Position numbers and translations under genes: made by a program. 60,019 bases of DNA from a virus (taxonomy: Duplodnaviria; Caudoviricetes), in the IMG/VR virus record IMGVR_UViG_3300015171_000004, positions 1 through 60,019 of that record. The stretch is one strand, 5' to 3'. A model generated the notes under the pieces. It did not search any database, had not been told where the DNA came from, and saw only the letters and a list, made by a program, of their open reading frames with translations. Positions 9,047 to 18,161 of this stretch are shown piece by piece (positions within the stretch are counted from its first letter, which is position 1; every line of letters starts with the position of its first letter).

Positions 9047-9276
9047 TGTTTGCCCCGGTACTCTAGCAGGTCCGCATATGAGATGTAAGGATCGACTCCA
9101 TACCGAACTGTCTTGTGTATGATGTCGCTAGCGTCTATGTCATACAGAAGCGTAACGTCTAGGGCGTTAATCCAAAGCTTACCAGTCACATCAACTAAGG
9201 CGCGCAGGCTATGCCCCTGGCCGTCAATAGTTACTGACAGGGCCGCTGGCTCGGTATGTCCGTATAATCTAATCAT
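9043..9276 (-). CDS. Hypothetical protein, weak BRO-N-like pattern
   Basis: LRALVDVTGKLWINALDVTLL resembles the BRO-N motif. Confidence 0.5.
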   Translation of the reverse strand: MIRLYGHTEPAALSVTIDGQGHSLRALVDVTGKLWINALDVTLLYDIDASDIIHKTVRYGVDPYISYADLLEYRGKQ

Positions 9277-9565
9277 CGTCGTCGTCTCCTTCTAATTCGT
9301 CAATCTCTTCGTCTATTTCTTCCATTTCTTCGTCTAGTTCCGCATCTTCCTCTTCGTCCTCGGCGTCGTAAGCCCCTTCTATGATGTCCTCTAAGAACTC
9401 GAATAGCTCGGCGTGTTCGTCGAACGAGGTTATTAGCCTGCGCTTGCCGTCTGACTTGTCGTACACGGCCCCAGACTCATCTGCGCGCATTATTAGGAAT
9501 GCCGTCTCGTCTAGAGCCTCAAGTTCTATCGCTTCAAGGAATAAATCCCAGATTGTCTCCATCAT
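9269..9565 (-). CDS. Highly acidic small protein
   Basis: Asp/Glu-rich C-terminus. Confidence 0.75.
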   Translation of the reverse strand: MMETIWDLFLEAIELEALDETAFLIMRADESGAVYDKSDGKRRLITSFDEHAELFEFLEDIIEGAYDAEDEEEDAELDEEMEEIDEEIDELEGDDDDD

Positions 9566-10044
9566 TATAGCGTCCTCCCACTAAACAACATGCGGTACAA
9601 TGCTGCTGGCGTGACCGTAGCAGGGTCTATCTTTGACAACGATGGATAGCGGCCAGTCTCGATTAAGAACCGCGTGCATAGGTCGCTACAGTCGTATCCC
9701 TTGCTAGGAATACGAGATAACCAACGTATGATAGGGTTATGCGCGTCAATGTCCAGAATGATATCGGACCACCCATAAGAGTCGCCCACCTGCTTGTTTA
9801 ACCACACCATACCGTCAAACAACCCAACGTTGTCTACCGGATAGCTCCATAGGGCGTAGTTTTGGTCTCCGTTGGCTATCTCGTGCACGTGCACGCCGTC
9901 TGCTATAGCCCCTATGCTTTGCGTGGTGCTGATTGCTACCTCGCAGTGCGTGACTAGGCTGCGCGTCCATGCAGCAATCATTAAGTCAATGGGATTAAGG
10001 TGTGGATGGTAGAATAGAATGTCTCCCGCCTTAGGTTGGTTCAT
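9565..10044 (-). CDS. Permuted papain-like NlpC/P60 (YiiX/YebB-like) hydrolase
   Basis: GDILFY...THCEV (His) precedes YDCSDL (Cys), the permuted order. Confidence 0.8.
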   Translation of the reverse strand: MNQPKAGDILFYHPHLNPIDLMIAAWTRSLVTHCEVAISTTQSIGAIADGVHVHEIANGDQNYALWSYPVDNVGLFDGMVWLNKQVGDSYGWSDIILDIDAHNPIIRWLSRIPSKGYDCSDLCTRFLIETGRYPSLSKIDPATVTPAALYRMLFSGRTL

Positions 10045-10400
10045 TATTTTTCTTCTTTCTTCTGTAGTGCCAGCTTCTTTAGTAGGGGCTTGCCAGTGTT
10101 TTTGTTAACCCATTGGTCTCCTGACACGTACACAAACTCCCCAGAATTGCTGCCATCTGAGAATGTCAGGCGTGTGCAGTTGTACTCTTTACGATACGCC
10201 TCGCGCTTGTTGACGAACTTCAGTAAGTCCTCTTCGTCCTCAAATTGGTACTCTGACATAATCTCTTCGTGGGGGATGCGCTCCTCCCCCAGCATGCGCT
10301 TGGCGGTTATATCGACAACTTGCTTGACTTCGTATCGCGTGCGGAACATGGTTAGGTTATACATTGTACTTTGCAACCTCTCTCCGTATATCACTGACAT
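10044..10400 (-). CDS. Hypothetical protein
   Basis: ORF track. Confidence 0.6.
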   Translation of the reverse strand: MSVIYGERLQSTMYNLTMFRTRYEVKQVVDITAKRMLGEERIPHEEIMSEYQFEDEEDLLKFVNKREAYRKEYNCTRLTFSDGSNSGEFVYVSGDQWVNKNTGKPLLKKLALQKKEEK

Positions 10401-10770
10401 TGAACTTATCCGCTGGGCCTGCGCGGTACGTGGTAGTTACCTTAAGGCCGGTTACGCCCTTGCCAAACTTACGGGCGCTGCCGTCAATGTTTTCCTTGCT
10501 ATCGTTGTACCAGTACGCTATCGTACGCTCTAGGTGCTGTTCGCTATCCGTGCGTACCTCCATCCTCACTCCGTCAAGCATTGCGCTTGCGTGGTAGTGA
10601 GGCTTTACGTCGTTGCTGGTATCGCTGACAAGACGCGCCAGTGTTTTTGCTTCGTGCGATGTTAAGTTCATATCTTCGTATCTTCCCATATCTTTGCTCC
10701 TACTTCCAGTCGTGAAACAATAGCCACATAGACACACACAATAACGCGATGGCAATAAGCACATACACAA
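10357..10770 (-). CDS. Hypothetical protein (likely start near 10689)
   Basis: AGGAG RBS before MGRYED. Confidence 0.6.
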   Translation of the reverse strand: MCMCLLPSRYCVCLCGYCFTTGSRSKDMGRYEDMNLTSHEAKTLARLVSDTSNDVKPHYHASAMLDGVRMEVRTDSEQHLERTIAYWYNDSKENIDGSARKFGKGVTGLKVTTTYRAGPADKFNVSDIRREVAKYNV

Positions 10771-10845
10771 TCATCGGCAACCATGCATAGAGGGACTCCA
10801 TTATCATTGTTTTCTCCTTTGGTGGGGCGTCCATGCCGTTGACTC

Positions 10846-11166
10846 TTATTTGGCGTATTTTGCAAAAGCTAAACGATATTGCTCCCAGTTTTTCATTTCC
10901 TGATTAGGGGCAAATACAAGCGTGTGTGTACGCATTGTGACACGACCGATTAGTTTACCGTTGTGGGTTAGATCGACGCCCTTACCTACGTAGAAGTGAT
11001 ATTTGGCGACGTATGCAGGTTGGATCACTACCTCGGTATTATATACGAGTCCTTTTTCGTTGGCAACAAGGTTGCTGAGGGGCAATTTACAGGCAATCGC
11101 TAATGTATCGAATAGAAAGCTGTTTACTTTTGCGTCGTACTGTTCTCTCGTGTATTCGTTTGTCAT
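10846..11166 (-). CDS. Hypothetical protein
   Basis: First gene after cassette 8. Confidence 0.7.
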   Translation of the reverse strand: MTNEYTREQYDAKVNSFLFDTLAIACKLPLSNLVANEKGLVYNTEVVIQPAYVAKYHFYVGKGVDLTHNGKLIGRVTMRTHTLVFAPNQEMKNWEQYRLAFAKYAK

Positions 11167-11216
11167 TTCTGTATCCCTTTCAGGTGGCTTGTTTTACTTC
11201 GTCGTTCCATGTATTA

Positions 11217-11293
11217 AGAATACGGCATCTATAGAAGAATAACAAGCCTTTTATATGAGACATAAGTACCATTAAATCGAAACCAATAGTACT
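11217..11293 (-). promoter_or_regulatory. Early promoter cassette 8 (10-bp offset class)
   Basis: TTGTTA 11240-11245, N17, TATTCT 11217-11222; boxes 11265 and 11288. Confidence 0.85.
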
Positions 11294-11564
11294 ATGACTG
11301 TTTCGTGACGTATCGGTCACATACCCATAGCTGGACATGATAGAAATGTGTGCCGTATACGAGACAGTACCTGGCGCTCCGGCGCGTGCTAGCCTTATAC
11401 AGCACACACCTTGTTACAGGCGACAACTTGGTCTCATAATGCCCCCTAACACACTCCTGGTAGCTACACGCCGACGCTAGCACCACCATAGCACATAGGA
11501 CTAGTGAAACTACCATGCCGTTAATTGCTCTCCTGTACGGGCTTGTCATTGCTTGTACCCCCAT
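11292..11564 (-). CDS. Cys-rich putative lipoprotein
   Basis: Hydrophobic stretch then LASAC lipobox-like motif. Confidence 0.6.
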   Translation of the reverse strand: MGVQAMTSPYRRAINGMVVSLVLCAMVVLASACSYQECVRGHYETKLSPVTRCVLYKASTRRSARYCLVYGTHFYHVQLWVCDRYVTKQS

Positions 11565-11568
11565 TCTG

Positions 11569-11922
11569 CTAACTAAACTTGAAGTGACTAAGGATTGCTA
11601 TAAGCACGCCTATAATTGCAATCCCGGTTGTGATGTACTGCATGTTGCGTCCCGGCGCGTTCTCCATCCGCTTCTCTAAGCGGTTGATATTTTCCGTGTT
11701 ATTCTTTATCACCTCCGCGAAACGAGATATTTCCTCTTGACGAAGTTCAAGTTCGTTAATCCTCACCGCGTTCTGATGTGTTGAGGATCTATTGGTCTCG
11801 AATAATCGATCAAATATCTCTTTATCAAGATACGACCTGCTGTATAGCTCCATCCGGTTGTTTAGCTGTACGAAGCCGTCTCTTATGGCATTCAGAACTG
11901 CCAGTGTGTTCTCGTCAATCAA
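11569..11922 (-). CDS. Coiled-coil protein with C-terminal TM helix
   Basis: GGAGG RBS, TTG start; same architecture as 32529..32966. Confidence 0.7.
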   Translation of the reverse strand: MIDENTLAVLNAIRDGFVQLNNRMELYSRSYLDKEIFDRLFETNRSSTHQNAVRINELELRQEEISRFAEVIKNNTENINRLEKRMENAPGRNMQYITTGIAIIGVLIAILSHFKFS

Positions 11923-11923
11923 A

Positions 11924-12160
11924 CTAGTCCTCCAAACAAACTACTTTTTGAACGCTTACGCTATCAGCGAAGCCCTCTATGTATGAGTCCATAATCATAG
12001 CCAGTCCCTTGGCGGCAGACACGGCGTTCCCCATCGTATAGTGATAGTGACCGGCGCATGTTTCGGTATCCGTGATTGCATACTTGAACGTGTATTCAAA
12101 GCTCTCTCTTGAGCCGTTGCGGAGCCACCTAACACCGATAACGTGAAATTGTTTCTTCAT
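11924..12160 (-). CDS. Hypothetical protein
   Basis: Coupled ORF with GGAGG RBS. Confidence 0.65.
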   Translation of the reverse strand: MKKQFHVIGVRWLRNGSRESFEYTFKYAITDTETCAGHYHYTMGNAVSAAKGLAMIMDSYIEGFADSVSVQKVVCLED

Positions 12161-12411
12161 TTTTGTCCCTCCAACATTTCGGGGGTGAATGAGAATAGCA
12201 GGGTTCTATAGTCGGTCGTAACCACATACAGGGATACTATCATAGGTCTATCCGTGTTCGTCCCGTACGTGTCTCTCTGCGTCATAGTCCGTATGTCTTC
12301 GCGTTGCACTCCGTTCGATGCCAGCAAGTCCCTTATATCCTGGTATGCTGACTTATCAATCTCAAACAGTGGTTTCATGTGGTCCTCCGGGGGGCGTCCC
12401 TGCCTGAACAA
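12157..12411 (-). CDS. Hypothetical protein
   Basis: ORF track. Confidence 0.6.
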   Translation of the reverse strand: MFRQGRPPEDHMKPLFEIDKSAYQDIRDLLASNGVQREDIRTMTQRDTYGTNTDRPMIVSLYVVTTDYRTLLFSFTPEMLEGQK

Positions 12412-12413
12412 TC

Positions 12414-13604
12414 CTATAGGGTTGCTTTACAGCGTGTGATAATCGTTACGTTGCCGTACTTCTCGCTTGTCTCATTCTTCTTAACGGTGAACTTGACGTT
12501 GTACATTTTGCCAACCTCTAGAGCGTTACCAGAAGACTGAAACCATGTGTACTTGTTGTTGTCGCTATCTACGAAACTGTGGATAGCGGTTGTTCCGTAT
12601 GCCCCATCAGAGAAGGTAACACGTGTGACCGTAAGAAGCTGGGACGGTTTCATGCCCTCTGCGAATAGGTGCTTGCTTGTGTCGCTAGTCCGCTCTAGTT
12701 GCGTCTTCATCGTTCCCGTATAGGCGCTGATTAGGCTAGCGGCGTATCCTGCGTGTTTCAGGTCCATCACCCCTGACTTACAGACGGTGTACAGGTTGTA
12801 CATGTAGTCACTGGTGGTATCCACGGCGTCGCTACGTATCCATGCTAGGGCGGCGTCAACCATCACACCGTCAATCTCTTCGCTGGGCTGTACGGTGCTT
12901 ACACGGTTCTTAAAGGCTTGCTCCATACCGAAGGCGTTGCTTTTTGTGGACTCCTTATCCAGCATCTCCGCCTTGGCGCGAGACACCCAGCCGTTTGTTC
13001 GTACAGACAGTGCAACCCATTTCAGGAAGTTCCGCAGCCCAACATGCTTGACGGCTCCGCCCCTCTCATCATCGGCATAGGCGTCAATCTCGCTGTCAAT
13101 CTGGTGTAGTAGCTCGCTGTATTCGGCAAAAGCGTGCACGTCCGTATGTCCTGTGAAGTCCTTTAGACAATTGCTACCAACCTGAAAACATGCGCCCTCT
13201 TCGTTGGCTAGGATGTAGGTCGTGTTCCGCGCCCTACTCTTCATGCAGTGAACACAGAAGTTGACCGATGTGCGGGCGGACGGGGGGAGCAAGTCCTCTT
13301 TATTAGGAACGACGTTTACCACGTTGCCATCTGGTGTATGATCGATGCTGGCGACGAACGTATAACCGTTGATCTTGGGTGACTGGCCGGTGATAACGAC
13401 GGTGTGTACTACGTTGTCGTTGGCGTCAATGTCCATGCTTGTGATGTCCATCTCAATTGCTTGCATGTGAAGCTTTGCGCAACGTTTGTTCAGTTTAGAT
13501 ACGAGGGCTTGCAGGTCACTTAAATTTTGATCCATGACTTTGTAGGTGTGTGTAAATTGTGTCATTGTTTTGTTCCCTTCGTTTGTCTCTCGTTCGTCAT
13601 TCAA
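12414..13604 (-). CDS. Phage protein with Zn motif and possible C-terminal OB-like domain
   Basis: CVHC...R.R...QVGSNCLKDF; long ORF after cassette 9. Confidence 0.7.
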   Translation of the reverse strand: MNDERETNEGNKTMTQFTHTYKVMDQNLSDLQALVSKLNKRCAKLHMQAIEMDITSMDIDANDNVVHTVVITGQSPKINGYTFVASIDHTPDGNVVNVVPNKEDLLPPSARTSVNFCVHCMKSRARNTTYILANEEGACFQVGSNCLKDFTGHTDVHAFAEYSELLHQIDSEIDAYADDERGGAVKHVGLRNFLKWVALSVRTNGWVSRAKAEMLDKESTKSNAFGMEQAFKNRVSTVQPSEEIDGVMVDAALAWIRSDAVDTTSDYMYNLYTVCKSGVMDLKHAGYAASLISAYTGTMKTQLERTSDTSKHLFAEGMKPSQLLTVTRVTFSDGAYGTTAIHSFVDSDNNKYTWFQSSGNALEVGKMYNVKFTVKKNETSEKYGNVTIITRCKATL

Positions 13605-13611
13605 CTTTCTT

Positions 13612-13687
13612 AGTATAGACGATATACGAGAGACTTACAAGGGAATTTACTAGGGTAAAAGTACTAATTTGGGAAACCATTAGTACT
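13612..13687 (-). promoter_or_regulatory. Early promoter cassette 9 (10-bp offset class)
   Basis: TTGTAA 13635-13640, N17, TATACT 13612-13617; boxes 13660 and 13682. Confidence 0.85.
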
Positions 13688-13916
13688 ACCTGTTTTTTAG
13701 TTGGTGTGCTTCGTATTTGCGCAGCAGTTCCTGCATTCCTCCATTCTCGTATGACCATTCTTTCATGGTGTCTGTGTTCAGTATCCCCACGGTTTCACTA
13801 GTCCGTAGCAACGTGGATAGGTACGCATCCTTAACGGCCTGCGCACCGGTTTCATAGAGGCTTTGTCTATCTACGCCGCCCTTGACATAAAAGCGCCGCC
13901 AGGGGAATGCGGTCAC
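13686..13916 (-). CDS. Hypothetical protein
   Basis: Coupled ORF; TAG in box. Confidence 0.65.
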   Translation of the reverse strand: MTAFPWRRFYVKGGVDRQSLYETGAQAVKDAYLSTLLRTSETVGILNTDTMKEWSYENGGMQELLRKYEAHQLKNR

Positions 13917-14182
13917 TTTATCCCCTCGCGAGGGTCGTATGGACGAAGCGGAGCCGCGCCCATAGGCTCTAAGTCACCACACAACGCATCGATAAACAGG
14001 GGGTCGCGGTATAATCTGACATCGACTATCTCATAATCCCGGCTGTTTTTGTTCAGGGCTATCTCGTAAACAACATAGGCCATTCCCTTGCTATCTGCTG
14101 TGGCTGTAACAAACTGCGCTATCCCGTTCTCTTCCACCCCACTGATTGCTTGCTGCCCAGGTGCCATATCCGTAACTCTCAT
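13913..14182 (-). CDS. Hypothetical protein
   Basis: AAGGA RBS. Confidence 0.65.
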   Translation of the reverse strand: MRVTDMAPGQQAISGVEENGIAQFVTATADSKGMAYVVYEIALNKNSRDYEIVDVRLYRDPLFIDALCGDLEPMGAAPLRPYDPREGIK

Positions 14183-14200
14183 TGTTTTCTTTCCTTTTGT

Positions 14201-14479
14201 TTACCATCCAACTATTTTTAACATCGATATAAATGGAGCATAGGACGACTCGCTGGCGCTTCCATCCGCTATGCCTGCTAGCACTCTGCTGGGTAACAGA
14301 GCGTCGTTACAGTCAGAGGCAAGGTATACGTGTATCGCATTCAGACAAACTTTCGTTACCTCAAGAGCCACCGCAGGAACCCCCCTTGTGTACAGCATTG
14401 CCATCCACATATTAATCATGCCCTCATGAACTTTCATCTGTGGGCGGCTTATTTTTTCCTCATAATAGTTGTGAGCCAC
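14201..14479 (-). CDS. Hypothetical protein
   Basis: ORF with GGAG RBS. Confidence 0.65.
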   Translation of the reverse strand: MAHNYYEEKISRPQMKVHEGMINMWMAMLYTRGVPAVALEVTKVCLNAIHVYLASDCNDALLPSRVLAGIADGSASESSYAPFISMLKIVGW

Positions 14480-14481
14480 AT

Positions 14482-14754
14482 TTATACTCCGTTCTTGTTT
14501 CTATCTACGCTGTATAGAGTTATACTGCCAGACATCGCTGACAACGTTAGATGTAGCATAGCGTCAATCATCTTCTCAGAAGGTACGACGCCTGTGTACT
14601 GACTTGTCGCTACATTGCTGGTAACGGTCTTGCTTTTGTATACGCCCTCAAAGATCGTTACCAGTAGGTTATAATCAATTGGTCGCTCACATACAAAGCT
14701 AATGATAAAACTTCTCGCTGACATTAGGTCGCTCCCTCCATATGGGGATACCAC
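14482..14754 (-). CDS. Hypothetical protein
   Basis: ORF track. Confidence 0.6.
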   Translation of the reverse strand: MVSPYGGSDLMSARSFIISFVCERPIDYNLLVTIFEGVYKSKTVTSNVATSQYTGVVPSEKMIDAMLHLTLSAMSGSITLYSVDRNKNGV

Positions 14755-15179
14755 CCATAGAATACATCGAAATCTGGCGCTTCGTCGTCGCCTCTTATTA
14801 GCGCATAGGCATACGCAATACTATGGTATGATACTGGCTTACCCCCATCAATAGCCACGGTTATCTTTTTCCCCTTCTTCGCGGCAGTGTACCGATGAAC
14901 GGGGCCGTTGTATATCGCTCGGCCCGCAGCCTCTAGGGCATCCTCCAACGACATGCCAGGGTCGTACAGCTTATCGTCTATTTCGTCTATCCCATCGTAC
15001 GCTGACAAGTATGTCCAATAGTTGGCGTCAAGGCAGATGTTTATGTCCTCTCGCATCGATATACGATCTTCTATAGCGCTTATGATTAGGGATGGTGAGA
15101 CCGCTATGGGCTTGTTGTGGTAGTCATAGCCAACGTACGCGCCCCTTGCGTCGTCATACCACATCTTGTTATTCGACAT
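14724..15179 (-). CDS. Hypothetical protein
   Basis: ORF track, coupled. Confidence 0.7.
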   Translation of the reverse strand: MSNNKMWYDDARGAYVGYDYHNKPIAVSPSLIISAIEDRISMREDINICLDANYWTYLSAYDGIDEIDDKLYDPGMSLEDALEAAGRAIYNGPVHRYTAAKKGKKITVAIDGGKPVSYHSIAYAYALIRGDDEAPDFDVFYGWYPHMEGAT

Positions 15180-15444
15180 GCCCGCCCTCGTTCTCCCACT
15201 GCCCTATGGTTGTATCCCACATGCGCCAGTCTGGGTTGTTTTTCTCCAACAACTCCGCCGTTTTTTCCAGTGGCGCGTGCGGGGCATCATCCTCCTGTGC
15301 GGGGCGCTTTACTAGTGTCGTCGTTAACGTGTCGATCCTTGTTGATAGATCCTTAATCCTCTCACCTAGAAACACGGCCAGCAGGATAAAGCCGCCAACT
15401 ATTATAAGCAAAATGACTACTTCGGCCTCAAGTCCTATGTACAC
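15169..15444 (-). CDS. Single-pass membrane protein
   Basis: VVILLIIVGGFILLAVFLG. Confidence 0.7.
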   Translation of the reverse strand: MYIGLEAEVVILLIIVGGFILLAVFLGERIKDLSTRIDTLTTTLVKRPAQEDDAPHAPLEKTAELLEKNNPDWRMWDTTIGQWENEGGHVE

Positions 15445-15632
15445 TAATTAATCCTTCCCTTGCTCTCTTCTACCGATACGTGGCTAGCAGGCACTTTGAC
15501 GGTGCCAAATTTGGCTAGGGGCAGGTAGATGTACCCGGCGTCGATCCTCAAGTCACCTATACAAAGCGTGGCACCTTTGGCGATATCGATAGCGCCCGCC
15601 TTAAAGTTCTTCTCAAAAGTTACTGTATGCAT
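15444..15632 (-). CDS. Hypothetical protein
   Basis: AAGGAG RBS after cassette 10. Confidence 0.7.
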   Translation of the reverse strand: MHTVTFEKNFKAGAIDIAKGATLCIGDLRIDAGYIYLPLAKFGTVKVPASHVSVEESKGRIN

Positions 15633-15677
15633 TCTGTTTTCTCCTTGCTTTATTGCGGTTCAATGTTCTGTTCTATA

Positions 15678-15721
15678 AGTATAGACCGGCGTCCTTGCCT
15701 TGTCAATGGCATGATAGTACT
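15678..15721 (-). promoter_or_regulatory. Early promoter cassette 10 (adjacent class)
   Basis: TTGACA 15701-15706, N17, TATACT 15678-15683; AGTACT 15716-15721. Confidence 0.85.
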
Positions 15722-15725
15722 ATAC

Positions 15726-16184
15726 CTAAATGAAACCGTACTTACGGGCGCATATCGCACACACATCGATGGGTTCTTTCCCCCCGGTCGTGGTTAGGGC
15801 GTCAACGGTCGTAAATCCGGTTGACTTGTTTCCCTGTATGTAACAGAATGCGCACACAAGACGCCCGTCAAGGTCGCTGGGCTTTTTGGCGTTGTCGGTG
15901 CCATACAGCCAGCCGAGTGATATGGTACTGTTGCTTGACGCCGTGCCATCGATGCCTGTGGCATTCGGCAGGGTCCATCGTTTGATATCGTTGGCGTCTT
16001 TGCTTCTCTTATCCATACCCAGACATGAGGAACAATAATTCTCGTGTACCAGCACGCCGCCAGTCTCGATATCTTCTAGAAGCTTTACGGTGATGTTATG
16101 TGCCACTTCAACCGGCGTAAGGGCGCTTGCGCATTCTTCACAAAGCATCTTCTCGGCCAGCGCATTCATGTTAGTCGTTTCCAT
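15726..16184 (-). CDS. Protein with four CxxC motifs
   Basis: CEEC, CSSC, CAFC, CAIC. Confidence 0.7.
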   Translation of the reverse strand: METTNMNALAEKMLCEECASALTPVEVAHNITVKLLEDIETGGVLVHENYCSSCLGMDKRSKDANDIKRWTLPNATGIDGTASSNSTISLGWLYGTDNAKKPSDLDGRLVCAFCYIQGNKSTGFTTVDALTTTGGKEPIDVCAICARKYGFI

Positions 16185-16416
16185 AGATGATTTTTCCCTT
16201 CTGTATCTCTTCTAACGTCTCTTCAAAGATCTGTTTGTACACCTGTACGGCATAGAAAACAGCGTACAACGGTTCTGTGCCCGCCTCAATCAGCGAATGG
16301 TATGGAGCTATGGCACCTGCCGGGACAAACCTCTCTAGGGTGTGTGGCGTCTCTAGCTCGGTATCTATGGTTTCTTTTTCCCCGCTAAACACATTGTATA
16401 GAACAACGTTTTTCAT
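16171..16416 (-). CDS. Hypothetical protein
   Basis: GAGGTG RBS. Confidence 0.65.
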   Translation of the reverse strand: MKNVVLYNVFSGEKETIDTELETPHTLERFVPAGAIAPYHSLIEAGTEPLYAVFYAVQVYKQIFEETLEEIQKGKIIYGND

Positions 16417-16751
16417 AATTCACCTCTCTCTAGTAACTTCCTGGCTTTGTGGTGGTGGGTTGCGAACATCTTGTAGCATCCTTGACACACAAAGCGGTCT
16501 TTTTTCTCGCTAAATCTCATTGCGTATGACGTATCACCGCACGTTGGGCATTCAAATCCGCGCAGGATAACCTCCATAACGTATCGGCCCGCTAAGTCAC
16601 TCCTAGCATAATACGATACGGTCTCCGCGACGATGTAGTCTATCATCTTGTGCCTGCGTTCAATCCTGCATAGTTTGCATAGTGCTTTCTTTTTGCAGGG
16701 CGCTTCGCACACCATGCATAGGTGTACCTCTCTCTTCTTTATCTTCAGCAT
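16413..16751 (-). CDS. Zn-finger protein
   Basis: CMVC, CKLC, CPTC, CQGC. Confidence 0.7.
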   Translation of the reverse strand: MLKIKKREVHLCMVCEAPCKKKALCKLCRIERRHKMIDYIVAETVSYYARSDLAGRYVMEVILRGFECPTCGDTSYAMRFSEKKDRFVCQGCYKMFATHHHKARKLLERGEL

Positions 16752-16753
16752 AA

Positions 16754-17326
16754 CTACCTTCCAGCGAAATCGTGAAACTTGGCAGCCAGCTTCGCTACTT
16801 TCTTGCTAACGGTGCCTTGTGCCATAGGCGCTCCGCCCTCAACTTCGGCAATGACCGCAGCCAACTTTGACATGCTAACGTCTTCGTTGTTGACGTAGTA
16901 CTTGACGCGCAGGGCCATAATGACCGCCTCGGACGGGTTCAGCTTTGATACAAATGTCGATAGCAAGTCGTTAAGATCGACTATGCTGTAGTCGTCTGCT
17001 AAGTCTTCTAGGGTCTCGCCAACGCTCTCGCCTTCTTCTGTAACGTAGTCAGAAGATAATTGTGGAAGGATGCGGGCGCGGGTCATTTGTTTACGCTGTA
17101 CGTCAATCATAGCATTCTTGATAGCGATTGCCGCGTATCCCCCGAAGTCGCCCTCCGTTTGATTGCTGATGAACTTGCGGGCCGATAGGAATAGCGCCTC
17201 ATGCCCAGCAGATACGGCGTCGTCAAAGTCTATGGTACGAAACTGTTTTGCAATCTTAGCAACCGTTGCGTAGTTGTCATTAACGAGTGCCTCAATCATT
17301 GCGTCTTTGTTCATTGCGTTCTCCAT
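16754..17326 (-). CDS. Phage RNA polymerase sigma factor (sigma70 region 2 plus region 4-like HTH)
   Basis: VAKIAKQF...FDDAVSAGHEALFLSARKF...FGGYAAIAIKNAMID; C-terminal HTH-like segment QGTVSK. Confidence 0.85.
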   Translation of the reverse strand: MENAMNKDAMIEALVNDNYATVAKIAKQFRTIDFDDAVSAGHEALFLSARKFISNQTEGDFGGYAAIAIKNAMIDVQRKQMTRARILPQLSSDYVTEEGESVGETLEDLADDYSIVDLNDLLSTFVSKLNPSEAVIMALRVKYYVNNEDVSMSKLAAVIAEVEGGAPMAQGTVSKKVAKLAAKFHDFAGR

Positions 17327-17359
17327 CTCTCTCTTGTTTACGACTGCTTCATTGATGTA

Positions 17360-17403
17360 AGTATAATGTAGCATCCTTGCTATGTCAATGGGATAATAGT
17401 ACT
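17360..17403 (-). promoter_or_regulatory. Early promoter cassette 11 (adjacent class), upstream of the sigma factor
   Basis: TTGACA 17383-17388, N17, TATACT 17360-17365; AGTACT 17398-17403. Confidence 0.85.
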
Positions 17404-18049
17404 ACCGAGTTGTTATCGTTTGCCAGTAGTTTCCCACCGTACCATCGGGGGATATCGTTAACAGTACGTAGGCGTTTTGAGCATAAGCCATAGTTTCATA
17501 GCGCATGCCGACATGTATGGTGGTTGTGCTGCTTCTGAGAGAGGGGTTGCTATCCGGAGTTGCAAAGCTCCTATCCTCGCCCGTGACCTGATTGAAGACG
17601 GTTCCTGGGGCATACAGGTACCCGCAGTTAACTTCATAAATCTCCGTGTAAACATTTGTGCACGTTATTGGGGTGCTATCGTCAAGCCACACGCTAGAGC
17701 CGTCGTAACAATACGGAATATCCATAGAAATTTTCCCCGGCGTCTCCCACTGCGTTTTTACCGATAAGTCAACAGAAACATAATGGTACGTTGTGCATGT
17801 CGATGGGTCGCTGGCGGCAACCGCTATGTGGGTAGGTGACATAAACTTTTCGGGCGCTTTTACTGGTGCCTTCGGTGCCACTTTCACTACTGGCTTGACG
17901 GCAACCTTTTTAACTACGGGCTTAACAACTACCTTAACGATGGCTGGTTTCTTTACTGCGGGCTTAGGTGCCGTTTTTGCTTCAACCGAAGTACCGATGG
18001 CAACAACCATAAACAGCGAAATTATCAGGGCGTAAAGTGTTTTGTTCAT
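17402..18049 (-). CDS. Secreted protein with K/P/V/A-rich linker
   Basis: MNKTLYALIISLFMVVAIGTSVEA signal peptide; KPAVKKPAIVKVVVKPVVKK. Confidence 0.75.
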   Translation of the reverse strand: MNKTLYALIISLFMVVAIGTSVEAKTAPKPAVKKPAIVKVVVKPVVKKVAVKPVVKVAPKAPVKAPEKFMSPTHIAVAASDPSTCTTYHYVSVDLSVKTQWETPGKISMDIPYCYDGSSVWLDDSTPITCTNVYTEIYEVNCGYLYAPGTVFNQVTGEDRSFATPDSNPSLRSSTTTIHVGMRYETMAYAQNAYVLLTISPDGTVGNYWQTITTR

Positions 18050-18094
18050 TGTTTTTTCTCTCTCTCGTGTTTTTGTTTCTTCGTCCATGTATAT

Positions 18095-18161
18095 AGAATA
18101 CGGCAGAATGACAAATATGTCAATGAGACATAAGTACCATTCTGCCATAACCATTAGTCCT
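18095..18161 (-). promoter_or_regulatory. Early promoter cassette 12 (adjacent class)
   Basis: TTGACA 18118-18123, N17, TATTCT 18095-18100; boxes 18133 and 18156. Confidence 0.85.

Noticed and set aside
1161-18161. AGTACT repeats as a CRISPR array or integron attC sites
   Set aside because: Units are separated by whole genes, lack long hairpins, coincide with promoters, and no integrase is present
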